From: Fimbriosthenelais zetlandica
Taxonomy: Eukaryota
Assembly: GCA_977030845.1 (NCBI GenBank)
Contig: OZ365110.1
Coordinates: 35,526,001 to 35,590,000 of the forward strand
Length of the DNA: 64,000 bases
Direction of reading: 5' to 3'
In this document: piece by piece, positions 15,172 to 27,973 of the stretch
Layout of the letters: every line of letters begins with the position of its first letter
How positions within the stretch are numbered: the first letter of the stretch is position 1
The notes under the pieces: model-generated
What the model saw: only the letters and a program-made list of their open reading frames with translations
Databases searched by the model: none
What the model was told of the DNA's origin: nothing
Made by a program: the position numbers and the translations under genes

Positions 15172-15254
15172 GAAGGAGAGAGAGAGATGGGAGATGGAAA
15201 GGGAGCTGAGAGAGGAAAGGAGAGGGAGAGAGGTGAAAAGAGAAAGGAAGAGAG
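15172..15254 (+). repeat. GA-rich polypurine low-complexity tract
   Basis: Almost entirely G and A (gaaggagagagagagatggg..aggaagagag). Confidence 0.8.
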
Positions 15255-16281
15255 TTGTGCACACTTCTGCCCCTGTCACTGGGTTAAGAAATTGGGAAGA
15301 AGTGGCCTCGATGATAGAACTCTTGGTGATGAGCGCACCTGTGAAGCATCACCGGTGGCAGCTGGCCAAGGATCTGTGTAGATAAGGGTAAATGCTCTTT
15401 TCCCTTCTCACCCACCAACCAACCCTCCCCTTATCCCCCTATAACCCTCAGACAAACCCACACACCCTAAAGATCTATTATCTCTGAATCCCATTCTTTC
15501 TATACTGCACCCCGCACATGCTCTGCCCCGCCCACCCCTTCCCATTCACAATAGCCCTCCCGATTAACGCGCCATATTGCAAGGATAGCAAGATGAAGGC
15601 CAACCCTGCTTTAATTAGATCCTCTGTTCAATTCACAAGGGGCGGCAATTAAAAAGGTGCAGATGTTGACGGAGCAGCTTTATTAGATTCTTCTACAGTA
15701 TCTCCACCCTGCATTCCTATACACGAGCTTCAAAGCTCAGGTCTGCATCTATCACTGCTCATCTTTCTTTTTGCTCAGTTTTCTTATATCCCTCATTGAT
15801 CTTTGTCTTGACATTCGTGTCAATAAGGAAGGTTTATTTTGCCCTGCTTCATTGACTACACTACTGTGCAATTTGTGCAGTTTCTTGTAAATACTGTTAT
15901 ACATATACATCAGCCCTTCACAAATGATTCTGCTTGCCTTACCATTGTTACATTTGTTATTTAAAAATCGTTGAACTTGAAGAGCTTGTCTCTTTTCCAA
16001 TGATCCAGATCTTTTGTCTCGAGTCTGCCTTTACTAATCGCGATGACTTGTCTATTCCTATGCTGAGGAGTCTTTTTCCTCCATGCCCGATCGTTTATCT
16101 TCCAATGTCATTATCTGTCATTGTTTATGTTGCTACCTAATGACACAAAGACCTGGAAATGAGCTCATTATTTCAAGATGTTATGATATCCTTCTGTACT
16201 CTCTCTACCCACCCCCTCCCATCCTACCGCCCCACCCCCTGTACTGGATCCACCCTAATGCCCTCCTGGATTAAGATATAC

Positions 16282-16295
16282 TCGCCAGATGGCGC
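16282..16295 (+). promoter_or_regulatory. CTCF-like motif in a small CpG-rich patch
   Basis: TCGCCAGATGGCGC against the CTCF core CCRSYAGRKGGCRS differs only at position 1. Motif match only. Confidence 0.3.
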
Positions 16296-19200
16296 GCATC
16301 AGCTGCAGCTCAGGATCCAATCCGGGTGAGAAGTGCGAGTGGGAGGGCGCCCCGGGTGATGTACGGATCAGCAGGAGACTCGGAAACGAAGCTAGAAAAT
16401 CCTAAGAAGCTGTAGAGAAACTTCACCCTCAAACTTCTTTATACCGTTCCATAAAATCGATCTTTGTCAATACTGCAAGTATTTAATAAAACGTATATGG
16501 CATCCAATGTATATACGCAGAACAATAGTGTTTAGATTAAAGACCCTTCTTTTATGTATATTGATTCTGAAAGCAGGAGGTGGTGAAAAAGTGTATACTT
16601 CATTTTTTATAGCATCTGTTTATGGGCTGGCGTTTAGCCGCGGCATGTATTTCACACCCAGGCTAATTAATCATATCAGAGAAGTGGTGGATGGAGTAAA
16701 CTGTGTAAAAAAAAATTACACAGACATGCCTCCTGCCTGCCTGATGATGGGGAGCGTGAGAGGGAAATGGGTCAGATTGCTGGAGCTGTGTGTGGCTTGA
16801 GCAGCTCCGGGAGTGAGTGGATGATGAGGTACTCTCAGTTGACCTGGATCCTTTGGGGGAGGACAGACACCTGGCTATAGAGAGAAGGGCCATGGAGGAT
16901 AAAACCTCAGGCAGACATGCAGGATGACTACTAAGTGCACTTATGGTTCATAAAATTAACATCCAATCCAAGATATCCCAAGTAATCCAAAGGATAGGTG
17001 CCTGAAATCTTAGAGTAAAATGCTGAAATCAACTTAATATTATGTGAACTTCAGAATGTACTCGTTGAATAAAAAGGAATCACCAGCGTTCCTGTTTCAC
17101 ATATGTCTAAGTAGCTTACCTCCTAGAAGTCATCCAATAGTCAAGGCCCACCCTGTCGGTGAACTGACTGACCCTGAGAGTCAAAACATTGGTTCAGCAG
17201 GGTATCTCCACATCTATTAAAGAAACTCTATTCTGACAGGGAGTAGGATTACTTTCTCCCATGTTAAGGCCATTATTTTGCCATGTGGATGACTAAAACT
17301 TGAACCTGTTATCCGTCAGAACATGAATCGGAACATTGATATTCAAAAGAACGAGGTCGTTCGAGCTTCCCTCTGATGCAAAGCAAGGAGTCTAAATTTA
17401 CCTGAAGAGGTATTTTTAATCCAAGGCAGTCGAATATCATAATGTTTTTATGTGCCAGGAGTACAATGACATAAAATTAATAGATGTATACCTTGTGATA
17501 ACTGGTTATTTTATGATAATGCTTTCTCTGAATTAGTAGGCCTACATTTATCAGCGTTATTTACTCGAGCATCCATCTGTTTGCTTCGGTTGTATTTTGC
17601 TGGCTGAAATCAGATAATTAGCACCTCCTCTGAAATAGGTTAAAACCTACTTGAATGTCTCAATAAATCTCTGTGTTTTCCTTGCCTGATTGGTCTTCTG
17701 TTGTAGAGGGAGGGCTAATTCTGCTGTGGGTGGCAGCAGGATGTCATCCCGGGGCGCTCACTTCATTGTCGACCCTCTCCATCTCTTCGTTAATCTGCCT
17801 CTCGTTCTGCCGACCACCAAACTGGTTATTTTGACTAGGAACATCAATTTCCCTCTCTTGTTTACCCATGAATTTCACGGGGAACCTCCAACGCGCGCCC
17901 AGTGTCATTCCCCTCAGTGTTGTGTACACAAACAAATAGCACAGTCACATGACCCACCCACGTGATGACCCAGCCAGGTTCTGAGGTCAAGGTTAACCGT
18001 TTCCCTTCCTGCCTTTTACAATATGTTTCTTTTATTGTTTTCCTTTGCTTTTTCAAACTTTATCACAGCACTCTTATTTGGTTGAGACATTTTGAAATAT
18101 CTATAATTAAAGTGAACGGGTAAATTACTTTGGCTTGTCCTTGTCTGCAGTTGATCGAGTGGCATTTTTTGGGACTTAAGTGGTAGGATTGACCGGTAAA
18201 AATCAGTTGGAGGAAGGCAGGCACGTGTCCCTCCCATGGCCTAAAAGCTTCGTTAATGTGTTCTTGGAGAAGTGATAACGAATCCTCGACCAGAGTTCCT
18301 TTGAACGAAGCAAGATGAACGCTCTTAGAATCTGAAGCACGGACTGTGAGGATGTGCTTCCTCAAGTAATCACACCGAAGTGACTTCCACCGAGATGGAT
18401 CGCGACTAAGGAAGTGCTTGTTTATCCGGCTTCGCATTAGTGTTTCACGCCAATTTGTTTTTTACCTTCTGTTTGCTGGATAGTTTTAACCACTAATGAA
18501 TTTTTTCCCTCCTGGGAGGGGAATTTCTCGGCTCATTTCTATCTGGCTTTTCTTCTTGCTCCTGCTGCATTTATGCATACCGTGTCCACCGTTGTATATA
18601 CCTTAGGTCGAAGCACATCGAAGAAGGGGAATTCATATTATATGTATACAGAAAGAATTGCTTATTATGCGTGTGGTTATAGGCAAAGAAGTGCTGGAAG
18701 GGCAAAGGATATTTGCTGAACGACAAGTGAAGGGCTGGCTGGGTGTGGTGTGACTGTAGCCTGTTTAAAACACCAGTCTTTGTATGCTACTTACCTCATT
18801 GCCCATGCACACTGCGCGCCAGGGAGGCGTCGTCAATGTTCTCGTGTTTTCTTCTCCGCCCTCTAGTCTGTGGCAAGAATGGGAAATGAACATACAATGC
18901 CTACAATCTAAAGGGTGCCATACTCAGCCTCTTAGTGCTGTAATTTGCTGGGGCAAAGCAAGGCTTCACAGTCTTCTTCTTAAGGACTTCCTGTATGTGG
19001 CACTTCATTTTTGTATTATAAAGCAGTTGTAGGGTGTGTGGAATTCTACTGGAGCCGGTATGTAATTTCTCATTGAGAACCAATTAAAATGTAACATAGT
19101 TCACAATTCATGCACCAATTTATAGGCTGTTGATGTTACAGTTATTGATTGCATTTTCTTCGCTGAGCTGAGTTGAATAATAATATTTCACTTCGTGTCA

Positions 19201-20339
19201 CTGTAACGTTGCCATTTTAAAATGTCGTTGGTTTCCCGCATATGCTTGGGACGCACTTATTTCTTAAGGTTGAATCTGAACTCCCATGAACGCCCGATGG
19301 CAATGGATAAAATTACAGGGAATAATGGCCATGTCGTGTTCTCTTATCTGAAGACAAACCAACAAATCCTTGCCAGCCCAGGGGTTCTTTTATATACCGT
19401 ACCCTTTCTGTTCACGAAATTCAAAATTTCACTTTGCTATAATTCCGGTGCATCTGCCGAGGAAAGGTCGCGCTGATATATGAAGCGTAGATCCTCTGAA
19501 ATAGTTAGCAGACTTATTTAGTCTCTAAAATGTCTGAGATAGATGTCGGAAATAGGTCTGACAGTCACGTCAGAGTTATCGATGAGGATGAAAAGTTTCA
19601 GATACCCACATCCAATATGAATCTCGTGAGCGGGTATAATTTCACGTCTTAGCTAAGATTATCTCCACTAGACGGTACCGAGTTACCTAACAATCTGGGT
19701 TTAACACTTACATCTGTAGGTAAAGCAAGGTTTTACCAGTCACAGACGTGACGGGTTAGTATCATATTCCAGATAACGACTTTAAACTGGACTTAATGCA
19801 ATCCATCAAGCATTCTCTCACTGTTTGAAAAAAAAGATATCATTTTACTCTTGCTCCTGTTTTGTGCAATTTGTTTCGCTCTTCCTAAGTGAGTTGACAT
19901 TTATCCAAAATAATAAATATTCATTAAGGTGCAGATAGGTCTAGATCAGATAGGTCTTGTCAATGGTTTCAAAATCTATAAAACCAAGAATTGTAGATGC
20001 CATTTAAGTTTGTCATTTGTCAGCTTGGAGATGATCTGAGCATTTGAAGTGGAGAATCTGAAATGGAGATGCATTACTGTTGGATACGTTTCATGACGTA
20101 AATTATGGTGGATTAACGATGAAATGAATGGAACAATTAAAGATCCCCATTAATTACCCAACTGACAAAGGCTGGATGTCACCCATAGGCCTAATCATGA
20201 TTGTGAACAGGAATTAATTGAATGCAATCCTCAGCTGTGGTTTGATCTGTGGTTCAGAGGTGTGAACAATACAATGTCTTCACACCTATATCTATGTATA
20301 CCTCAGATCCACTCACAGCCTTCTCTTTGCTGTTTCAAA

Positions 20340-20547
20340 AGCTGAGACTACTGCTACGATTTTGCTTGCGACATCACTGCGACAAAGGTGATTCTTGTGT
20401 TGCAATAAAATTTACAAATTGTAGTTGAGGTGACCAAGACGTTGTCGCCATCCTCAAGTAGAATTTGTTTTATTCCGATACAAGCATCACCTCTGTCGCA
20501 TTTGTGTGGCAAGCAAAATCGCAGCAGTGGAGTACAGGCTTTCAGCT
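20340..20547. mobile_element. Fold-back palindromic element (probable decayed MITE), about 208 bp
   Basis: Arms 20350-20430 and 20452-20528 are reverse complements with scattered mismatches and one 4-bp indel. Outer agctga/tcagct (20340/20547) may be the true termini. No clear target-site duplication. Confidence 0.6.
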
Positions 20548-21534
20548 TTCATCGAGACGTTCATCGTCACAATGCTATAAGCGTGTCATTGGGCATTGTT
20601 TTCGAGCCGAGATAAATCCCCGTTTGCGGCTTGTTTGACTGACACGTGGGACTGCCGGGACCTCGCCATCTGTGACAGGAAGGCTATTGCCACAATCAGA
20701 ATGCGAGCTGTGAATCATTCTGCTTGTGAGCTGTAATTGATTGAATCCTGCACCAAGTGACACCGCCATATAATGCTCCTGTTTAGGCTCTTATTTGTCT
20801 TCATTGAGCATGCGCAGTGTGTGTGTCACCTGCGGTGCCCCCTATCACGTCAATTTCTGCACTACGCCTACACCTTAACTCACTTTACTTACCCTTCACA
20901 TTTCTTCTAACATTTCCCTTACATTTTCTTTACTACATTTTCCCAGGAAATGCTTCGACTTGTCAGATTTCGACTTGCCGAAATATGATTCCATAATTGC
21001 AGAAAAACACCCATTGTAAAACATCCCCCTGTAAAAGGAAATGTCAAGGAAAAAAAGGTGCAGAATGTTTTCCCGTTAAGAGTTAGGTAAGGTGCGCGGG
21101 CCAAGTATGGATTAGGACCCGGATCCCAAAACCCGTTAATCTTAGCAGCACCTTGGTTGTCAAGGTAACCATGGTCATTTGATCTTGACAAGTCCTCGTT
21201 GATGTCTAAATCTTGAGTGGCTTTACTAGTTCTGGGAAGGCATAAAGATTCCCTGATTCACTATGGCACGTCTTGGTCACCTCTCCCAGCCATTTCTCCT
21301 GCTCGTCAGAATCACCTTTTATGTTCATGTACCCTGCTTTGAGGTGTTCCTACATTTTTCTTACCAAAGCCTTGTACCTCAAGATGTTGCCATAAAATTT
21401 TATATAGCCCCAACCCTCGACGTGCCTGTGATAAATCAATGGGGTACTATTGACTCCCGGGTTAGGGAACCTTGGAAAAGGTAACATACACTATACATCT
21501 CCCCTCTCCCCAAAATGGGGGAAGACTCTTGTTA

Positions 21535-21656
21535 AGAATTCTGACCTAACTTCCCATTTACACCCAGATCTGCAAGCCACAAAAAGAGATAGAATTCTGA
21601 CGTAACTGCCCATTTACTGCTATTTACACCCAGATCTGCAAGTCTCGAAAAGCGAT
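21535..21656 (+). repeat. Two-copy tandem repeat with a 56-bp unit (second copy 66 bp)
   Basis: agaattctgacctaacttcccatttacacccagatctgcaagccacaaaaagagat is followed by agaattctgacgtaactgcccatttac[tgctatttac]acccagatctgcaagtctcgaaaagcgat. Confidence 0.8.
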
Positions 21657-24600
21657 AGAAAGATTGATAAAACACTACCGAAAGATAGAAATGTCGATAC
21701 ACTTCCTCTGAAATTTCTTGGGCCAAACTTCATAGTATTCACAGTTGGATCACGAACGAGGAGGAACCAAAAATAGAAATATAAAATCTCCCATGGTGAT
21801 CTACGCACTATTTCACCTCGCGTGTGTACATAGTGGGTGGAGGCAGTATAGTGCTTCGTCAGATTCTAGCACCCAGCCAGCAAGTCATGTCCAGCTCTGA
21901 GCTGCTGCTTTGAAGCGGACTGCGAAAAGACCACATCATTGTCAATATCCTCCAGACTGATTCATTAATCTCCCGATTTCAGATGACAAAGGTGTGGAGT
22001 TATGCGGCCACCGATATCTTTGTTCCTTGACACTGATCCAACACGCAAGGGAGCGTGCCAAGGCTTTTTGATTATAATTCTGACAATCTGACATGACTCG
22101 CTCATTTTCCGCCCCCTTTAATGACATTATTAGTCATTTGCTCCCGCTGATGCTTATGGGATCGAGCTTTGATTAAATCCATGGAGGGAAGATAATTTGG
22201 TCGGAGGGCCCTGATCAGCTCGGCCGGCTGGGGCCCAAAATTTGCATGCCATGACGAGCCAATGGAGGATAGTGATGTATGAACTGAAAGACAAGGGATA
22301 CAATGGTGTGGGTCATCTCCAACCTACTCATACACCACTGTTCTATAGTTATTAGCTCATCTCCGTGGCGCAATCTATAGGGTTCAAGTATAGGTCGCTA
22401 CAACTAATATGTAATTGACTTCCATGGCGCTGCCAGAACCTGAATTCCTGTCGTTTATTTTACCCCTGTAGGCTTAGTATAGGGATTCCTATGCATGTAG
22501 AAACCTATATTTATCACTTATTTTGTTATCCATATATATGTACATACATATGCAGTATATGTAAGTACCAGAACGTTTATGTCGCAGTGCAGGTCTTACT
22601 TAGCCCATATCAAAGCCTCATTTAATGGATTTTATATATTTTTAGTTTCGTAAAAACCATAGTTATGAAGCTTTGATTATATTTGTTGAAAGATGTTAAT
22701 ATGATAACATCTGGTGGATTTCCGCAAGTCGCAACAGATGTAGAAAGTATAGTAAAAGAAAGTTTATATTGAGAGAAAAATCGATTAGTTTTAGTATGTG
22801 GCCAGCTCAAGGACATCGGGTCATTGCCTTTTGAATGGCAATATCAAGGTCTGGCCTTCTCAGCCTGGCCCCAGGTGTCACTGCTAATTTGACCTTATTC
22901 CAGCAATTATTATGCTCCACTCGCTCGAGCTCAATTGTTATTTCGTCTTCTTCAATCTGCGGTCAGGAGAGCCTCGGTTTATCGACTTAGGCTTACCAGT
23001 ACTCCGCATACAAAATAGGACTGGGAGGGAGAAAGTAACTTAGAGACCTCCTAAAAAGTTTTAATTGACGGAAGAGCATTTGGAATGGATGTTTTCCATG
23101 GCTGCCTGAAATAGAAAGTGGAACCGGTTTTTCGTAAATGTCTTGAATTTGCCAAACCGGTGAAAAGCGAGGATGATGACTGTAGGAAACAATAGTTTTG
23201 ATGGATTTTGATTGAATTATTATGAACTGATGGTCGGATGTGAAAGTCCGAGGGAATGACAATGTAAAAGGCATGATGTATTTCTAACCTGAGGGTGAAC
23301 CTTTGACCTCACCAGCTTATTTGTCTTCAGGCCTCGGGAAATCTATAATTCTCATTAATGTTGCTATCCTAGCTATTGTCAGTCAAAGCTCGCCTCACAA
23401 TCTGGCCCATCGATCTGCCATTAACTAGGCCTAGTACAACTCAAGAGCATGCTTATAGATGGGAGCTGGTTGACACCTATAAGCTGATATATATCCCATG
23501 TGTTGTAACTAGGAAGCATGCCATATTTTATCTTACCTTATACCATTCATTGCACTTTCATATATATTTTTCCTCCTGGTGAGCTCTGCTTACTGAAAAG
23601 CAGAGCTAATTGTGTAGAACAAGATGGATAGAAAAATACTATAGGTGGTGTTCAAGGGATCGTTTTAAAGTGATTTATGGTTGGTTGTTTGGACCAGGCA
23701 GATTTTTTCCCTTATCCCATCTGTTATCCTGTTTCTAACCATCTATGGATATAACTAATGTCTTCAAAGCCAGCCCATGACCAGATACATAAGCTGAACC
23801 AGTAGTTCTGATCATTTAGAAGAAAAAGCTCACTCTGGAGCCTATGTACTGGGATACTATCTGTGAGCACTTACTTAATGTTCTTTCATGTACATCAGCC
23901 ATATCATTATATCACCACACACATAAGCACCCATCAGAAGGGTAATGAATAATGCTTATAATCACCTGTTATGAAAACCACCTTCTATTCTCTCTCCCCA
24001 AACCAATTCTTCCCCCTCAAGAATATTATTCATGGCTAGGAGGTTGTACCAGAGCACCCACACTGACGCTCTTGTGACAGTAAGCTTCAATGATCCAAAT
24101 ATATGACAATCTAAAGCCTTGATGCATATGCATATAAATGAAGTGATAATGTTCACGGTCCTCTACACCGACTATATGTGTGCAGTCCGCTGTGTCGTTT
24201 CAGATGGTGACAGACTGTCATTTGACACTGATTTAGCATATATAAGTCACTGGGATATGGAATATGATAGAGGAGCTGGCTACCCTATCTCCATATTCTC
24301 AATGCTGCATGGGAAACAGATAGAGACACGTCCATTTAAATAAAACCCACTATACAAGGCCTATTCTATTAGGAATCATAGCTGCATGCACAAATGCACT
24401 AATTCACTCTAGAATACTCTATACTCAAATGCCGATATCACATTCATGGCAATTGTAATGTTGGAGTTTCTTTTCAAAGTAATAACTTCGCTAATGCACA
24501 GACTGCATTTTTACAATATTATATGGAAGAACTCGTTCAAATAACATCATTTGGATTGCCCAACTCTGTAAATTGGCTCAGCTTCTGGACTTCAGTCAAG

Positions 24601-27600
24601 AGCTTGTCTTGTGACGTCATCAGCGGATGACATTCGTTATAAGCACCTCTCAGCCACCATTGCGACATTTGGAGAGGAGGCAACCAACTTTTCCAATGTA
24701 AGATACTTTGAAATCCACCCATTAAAGTTCCCCCAGAGCATCTTTGACTGATGAAAGGAAACCTTGCTGGCCTTGGTAGATTTTTTAAAGCTTCCTGGCA
24801 CACAGTAAACACTGGCGATGTTGAAGGCACACATTAAGCCACTACAACTGGAATGACTGCCCAACAAGGCTTTGACCAAACATGCATTAAAACATTAAGG
24901 CAATTAGTTGGCCTTTACTTCACTCTTGCCATCTCCTCTCTCCCAGTCCCGTGTTTGTCCTCGTTTATTGATTGAGATGAAAATAACTTGAGATAAAAAG
25001 CACAAAAAGTATGCATCCCATATGTACCAGGGTAAAAGCACTACTGATTTTTGTATTGGTTCATGCTGAAGTTTTGCTTTTGATGCATGGTGGATATAGT
25101 TTGATTGGCCACACTTTTAACATCTCTTAAAGTGCCATCCTGTCTACGATAAGAAAGCACTCGCAAAGGCAATATATCTCTACTTACGTAACATAGAAAT
25201 GAGGTCCTAGTTTCCTGCATACTCTGTTGCTTAGGAATAATAGGATCGATTGATTCTGCAGAGAAAATGGCTTTTAGAGAGCCTATCCTTGAAGTTGTAA
25301 AATGCTTTTGCTAAGGGTGTTGATGCTTGCATCTTTGAAACCCTGTTAAAATAGGTCTTTTTTCACAACAGCTTCACGCATGGCCGGTTCTTTTTACACC
25401 CAAGGGAATGACCCCCTTCTCCTCCCTGCTTAGAACTGCAACTGAATCCTTGAATAAGCACCAGTCGGAGGATCATAATGTGAACAGACGTGTAAAATGA
25501 ATATGACAAGAGTGGAGATCGCTCCTCATTTAACCTGTCTACATTAATGGATCTGTGGACGAGTGTTGCCTATTTTTATGCTGAGATAATAGCTGTAATC
25601 TGCTGAAACAGACATAACTCTTGACTGCCGAGAATCCATCTCTTACCGAATATTTCTGCGTAATGTCTAAATCATAAACCTGATTCCTTTTGATGATATT
25701 GGAAAATATAAATGTGAATCCATATGAAAATTGAAAGGCTGAGAATGATTGAGAAATAGCTGACGTCAATATGAACAATACATTTATACTGTATTTATGA
25801 CTGAGATCTCGTATAACATTAAAATTAATTTTACCCAGCTGTTTCAGATATAGCGAAATACTCTTACTTATTATAAGTTCTGTTATTTTAATGTAATTAC
25901 AAAATCGATATACATAAGATACCAAGGGATATCCCCCTTTTCCAGGACAATCTTCCATCAAAGTGTGTGTGTCCCATATACGGCTTCAAAATATTGAGAT
26001 CTGTCCTTTTCCCCCCTTTAAAAGAGGCCACAAGGTTGACCCCTGGGGTACACCACTTGAACCTGTACGGGTGAGGCTATAGGATGTGAACAGAGAGGGA
26101 CACATTCCTTCGGTGTTTATGCCTCGTTGCCAGGTAACCTACACCTGTGGTCAGCCTATTGTCCGGCAACAATGAAGCCCCCTAGCGCCATGTCCGCCTA
26201 GGTGTGACTCCATTAGAACCTGGAAAGAAGATGAAACACACTTAAAGGTATGGTGCAAAAACTGCAGGCATGGGTGTGAAAAGGAACAAATGGTTGGTCC
26301 GAGGCTTACCGCCACTGAAATACAAGCTAATATAAGTGCATATTTCATTGAAGACTCATCTGTAAGCATACACGTAGATTTATATATTTTGCAATTGACC
26401 AGGGTGTGGGTGTTCTGTACACTGTTCAGTACAATGATCAATGTTTCCCTCCTGATCAATGTGAAGTTATGAACTCCATGATATATATGTGATGTGCACA
26501 TGAGCCTGTGTCAAAACGAAAATTAACCGTAGATTTAAGATTTCTAATATTCCCTTTGAAACGGAATCCAGGTCGCACATTCTTTGAAAAGGTTTTAGAT
26601 TTAATATTGGAGTATATTCATGAGGCAATTTGCCAACTTATTTTCTATTTTATGAAGTATTGTAGTGTAGTTTTATTTCCCTCACCAGGTGATAGGTCAG
26701 TCCATCACTTTTGACCCAAGTGTATCACCATTCATGTGACCGAGGGCGATAACTCGCGAGAAACACCGTGATTTCACTGAAGACCAATAATTAACCTCCT
26801 ATGACACCAAATAATGTGACATGTCCGCAATTTGGCTGGAGCTTGAAGCTATCAAATACAACTATTATAGAACGAACCTGTATTAGTTGCATGGTCCACA
26901 GGAAATGAGTAAATGTAGCTTATTCACTGACGTTCTGTTTCTGAGGCACTATAGTGTCTGAGAGCTTCAAAAAAGAGAAGACATGTACAACAAGAACATG
27001 AAGACTTTATTTCTCTTACCTTTTTAGAAAAGTTCTGTTAACCTAACCCAGGAATATAATTCTACAAGATGTTATAGACTGAGTGACATCTCTTTCATAC
27101 TTGTTTAGGCCTAAATTATATCCATTATTATTTGTTGTTATATACCTGTTGTGGTGCATACGGAATTCAAGAAGATTGGCACTGCTTGGTTAATTCTAGT
27201 CCAATCTTCTATAATCTTCTCTCGACATTTTGAGATAATCTGTAGTGGCGCCCAGCTATCTTCCCGCACTGACAGATAAGGATAATGTAACAAGTGTGGG
27301 ATGAACTATTATGGAACGCATTCAGTGGAAGCAATTGTTGGGACAAATGGACCCTTTGAAACAAGAGACATAAAATATCCTTCCCTCTCCGTTGATTTCC
27401 CATACTAATTCCTGTTTAATGAGATGGCCACCTAATTTTAAATAAGCCAAAATTTGAATGACGCGCAGAATTAGCACTGCGTTGTTCGTCCTCAACAGCA
27501 ACGTTGAAATGATAACTGTAGTTGATGTGAAATGGGCCACGTTAAATCTGATAGCCATTAAAGATTCCTATTTGTGTTTTTAAGTCTTGAAATAAATGAT

Positions 27601-27940
27601 TTCAGTGCTGTAGATCTAACTGAATCTAATATGGATGTGTGCCATTGAGGCATAAGTAATGGGCGAGTCTTTTAATGGAGTGCTGTTAACTCCCTGATAG
27701 TGCCTAACGCACCATGCCTTACGAGCTTAGCTCTCCAATTTGAAAAGACACCCGCGTGGCGAGAAATTGTAATATCCCACCAACCACATTACATAGCAAA
27801 TATTTGTTTTTTTACCCTGACAGTTTGGTTAATGAGGCGCATAACACCTCGGAATAGGGGGCGCAATAGACAACAATTGACGGAGGAGTTGGGGGCTGAT
27901 TGATGGCCTGCTGTGCTCTTTATTGGTGGGAACCAACAAA

Positions 27941-27973
27941 AGCAGACGACGTTGAGAATTGTCGTCGTCTGCT
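27941..27973. repeat. Perfect 11-bp inverted repeat (11-nt loop)
   Basis: agcagacgacg-ttgagaattgt-cgtcgtctgct. Confidence 0.6.

Noticed and set aside
21535-21656. CRISPR-like repeat array
   Set aside because: Only two adjacent copies with no unique spacers, in a eukaryotic intron with no cas genes.
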